Made by a program: the position numbers and the translations under genes. Positions 62,164-64,000 of a stretch of DNA of 64,000 nucleotides are shown here, in pieces (positions within the stretch are counted from its first letter, which is position 1; each line of letters begins with the position of its first letter). The DNA comes from an uncultured Solirubrobacterales bacterium (GTDB lineage Bacteria; Actinomycetota; Thermoleophilia; Solirubrobacterales; Solirubrobacteraceae), in contig CAWKHE010000002.1 of assembly GCA_963849455.1 (NCBI GenBank), positions 1,488,011-1,552,010 of the forward strand, given 5' to 3'. The notes under the pieces are model-generated. The model was given only the letters and a program-made list of their open reading frames with translations, did not search any database and was not told the DNA's origin.

Positions 62164-63090
62164 ATGATCTATTTCCTGTTTGCCATTGGCATCGGCATGG
62201 TCGGCGTGAGCGGCCGCCTGATCGCCCGGGCGGTCGTCGCCAACCGCATGCAGCTCAAGGCGCATCTGCGCGAAATCCGTGACTACGGATTCGAGCCCGT
62301 CTACGTCGAGCAGGACATGAGTCTCAACGATCGCCTCAAGCGCGCTTTGAAGAGACTTGCGGTACGAGCCGGCGGCGGCCTGATGAAGCGTGCCCCGTCG
62401 ATCCCGGCCCTGACTCGCTCGGACCTCAGCGCCGCCGGCTTCTATGACATCAGCCCCGAGGCCGTCCACGGGTACCGCTTCCTCGCCGCCGTCGGCCTTC
62501 CGACGCTGTTCCTGCTCATGGTCATGGCCGGCGGGAAGGTGAGCGGACTGCAGCTCCTGCTGATCCTGATGGGCGGGCTGGCCGGTTGGCAGGTACCGGC
62601 GTTCATGATCCGCCGCAAGGGCAGCGCGCGGCTGGACGACATCGAGCGCCAGCTGCCTGAGCTGATCGACCTGCTGATCGCCACTGTCGAGGCCGGCATG
62701 GGCTTCGTCGCCTCGCTCGGCCTGGTCTCGGAGAAGATGACCGGGGCGCTCGGCGACGAGCTGCGCCTGACCATGAAGCAGCAGACGCTCGGCATCTCGA
62801 TCCAGACCGCTCTTGACGATATGGCCGAGCGCTGCGACTGCCAGTCGGTTCGCGCCTTCGTCCGCACCGCTTCCCGCGGTGAGAGCCTCGGCGTCTCGAT
62901 CGGCCCCGTCCTCCGCGAGCTGTCCTCCGACGAGCGCCGTCGTCGCCGTCAGGCCGCTCGCGAGAAGATGCAGAAGGCGCCGATCAAGATGATCTTCCCC
63001 CTGATGTTCCTGATCTTCCCGGCCCTGATGATCGTGCTGATGTACCCGGCCGCGTACTCGGTGATGAAGAACCTGTCCGGGCTGGGCTAG
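62164..63090 (+). CDS. tadC: TadC (type II secretion F family)
   Basis: LPELIDLL..EAGMGF, GVSIGPVLR, KMIFPL..IFPAL. Confidence 0.92.
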   Translation: MIYFLFAIGIGMVGVSGRLIARAVVANRMQLKAHLREIRDYGFEPVYVEQDMSLNDRLKRALKRLAVRAGGGLMKRAPSIPALTRSDLSAAGFYDISPEAVHGYRFLAAVGLPTLFLLMVMAGGKVSGLQLLLILMGGLAGWQVPAFMIRRKGSARLDDIERQLPELIDLLIATVEAGMGFVASLGLVSEKMTGALGDELRLTMKQQTLGISIQTALDDMAERCDCQSVRAFVRTASRGESLGVSIGPVLRELSSDERRRRRQAAREKMQKAPIKMIFPLMFLIFPALMIVLMYPAAYSVMKNLSGLG

Positions 63091-63547
63091 CGCCGCACCG
63101 CTCTAGCGGAAATCCCTATTCGCTCTCTGTGTGTTAGCGCTGCGGCGTCTGCGAGGGCGAATCAGATCAGGCACGAGCGCCTTGTCCGGCAGTCGATCTC
63201 GCTCACCTTCGCCCGGTGAGAGCGCGGCGATGGCAATCGCGCCGAGCATGATGCCCCCCACCAGGAACTCCAACACCGGAAGGCCTCTTCCGAGCGCCAG
63301 CGGAGCGACGATGCGGCAGTCTGAGCATGGCGCCCCGGAGTGCTGTTTGTCGACCAAAGCGAAAGCCTGGGCCGCCCCTGGTTTCCGCGCCAAGCAGGAG
63401 GCTGGCGAATCCGGTCGTCAGCCTTCCCGGCGAGCGAAAGCGGGTGCTCGAGCTCGCTGCTCCTGCTAGGGGACCCGCTGTGCACGACGCTTCCGCTTTG
63501 GACGTGAGCCGGTAGCGTCGGGTGGCAGCCGCAGCGCGCGTTGAGCG

Positions 63548-64000
63548 TTACGGCGCCTCCCGGCGCTGTGTGTTAACGGGGGTCGCGGCTGTTCGGTCTC
63601 CGAATGGTCGGTCGGCGTTTTCAAGCTGACGCAGTGCCGTTTCGGATGGCGAGCCGGTCTCAGCGGTCGCCAGGAGAAGGGTCAGTGCCGGATCCGCGCG
63701 GAGCACGGCGGACACCACGACTAGATCGAGGACGCCGACGCGGCGATGGTGGAACCGGTGGGTGCCGGTGGCCGGGAGCCGGACGTCGTGCTTTGACCAG
63801 GCTTCTCGGAACTCGGCGCTCGCTTCGGTCATCTCCTCGATGAGATCGGCGGGCCCTGTGTCGCTCGGGTCGCGTCCTGCCTCTGAACGAAGTATCCGCG
63901 CCGTGTCGTGCGCGACTCGTGGCCAATCAGCGAAGAAGTCGCGGGCGCGCTGGTCCAGGAAGACGTAACGGACCTGGTTCGGCGGATCCATTCGTCCGTC
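63548..64000 (-). CDS. MmyB-like regulator ligand-binding domain (5' end beyond window)
   Basis: NQVRYVFLD..FFADW, LRSEAGRDP, EFREAWSKHDVR, FHHRRVGVL, GSPSETAL. Confidence 0.85.
   Translation of the reverse strand, partial: DGRMDPPNQVRYVFLDQRARDFFADWPRVAHDTARILRSEAGRDPSDTGPADLIEEMTEASAEFREAWSKHDVRLPATGTHRFHHRRVGVLDLVVVSAVLRADPALTLLLATAETGSPSETALRQLENADRPFGDRTAATPVNTQRREAP

Noticed and set aside
63103-63393. Possible small membrane ORF after tadC
   Set aside because: One hydrophobic stretch only, with no RBS or family motif; cannot be supported.

Overview
High-GC actinobacterial chromosome segment. Gene style suggests Thermoleophilia/Solirubrobacterales, which is inference only. Layout: (1) 1-8.8 kb, housekeeping genes: class II ribonucleotide reductase nrdJ, galE, tmk, holB, a RimJ-type GNAT and tRNA-Thr(CGT). 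(2) About 8.8-50 kb, an accessory mosaic: TetR/SRPBCC, hexuronate catabolism (manD, uxaC, uxuB), a cNMP-thioredoxin-reductase fusion, metal-handling genes (CDF, Tat ferritin-like, cupredoxin, CsoR plus permease), an orphan PTPS/RibD/GT4/methyltransferase/CDP-alcohol-transferase cluster, FUSC, GT39, HAD, ATP-grasp, 1-Cys peroxiredoxin, two phosphodiester-glycosidase genes around a UbiA phosphoribosyltransferase, and split LigD modules. (3) 50-63 kb: a NarL two-component pair, a large SLT+NlpC/P60 wall hydrolase, a receiver protein and a Flp/Tad pilus operon. Many genes, including essential tmk and holB, carry single-base frameshifts that are most likely assembly errors, so several coordinates are approximate. 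Best hidden find: a peroxiredoxin-like gene (36623-37165, minus strand) with an in-frame TGA in an RHPG-U-SI-C motif and a SECIS-like hairpin just downstream, i.e. a probable selenoprotein that the ORF track truncates. Other leads are the orphan pterin-like/glycolipid cluster, a CTAG-dyad regulon on the Tad locus, and an unnamed N-terminal domain shared by two proteins 50 kb apart.
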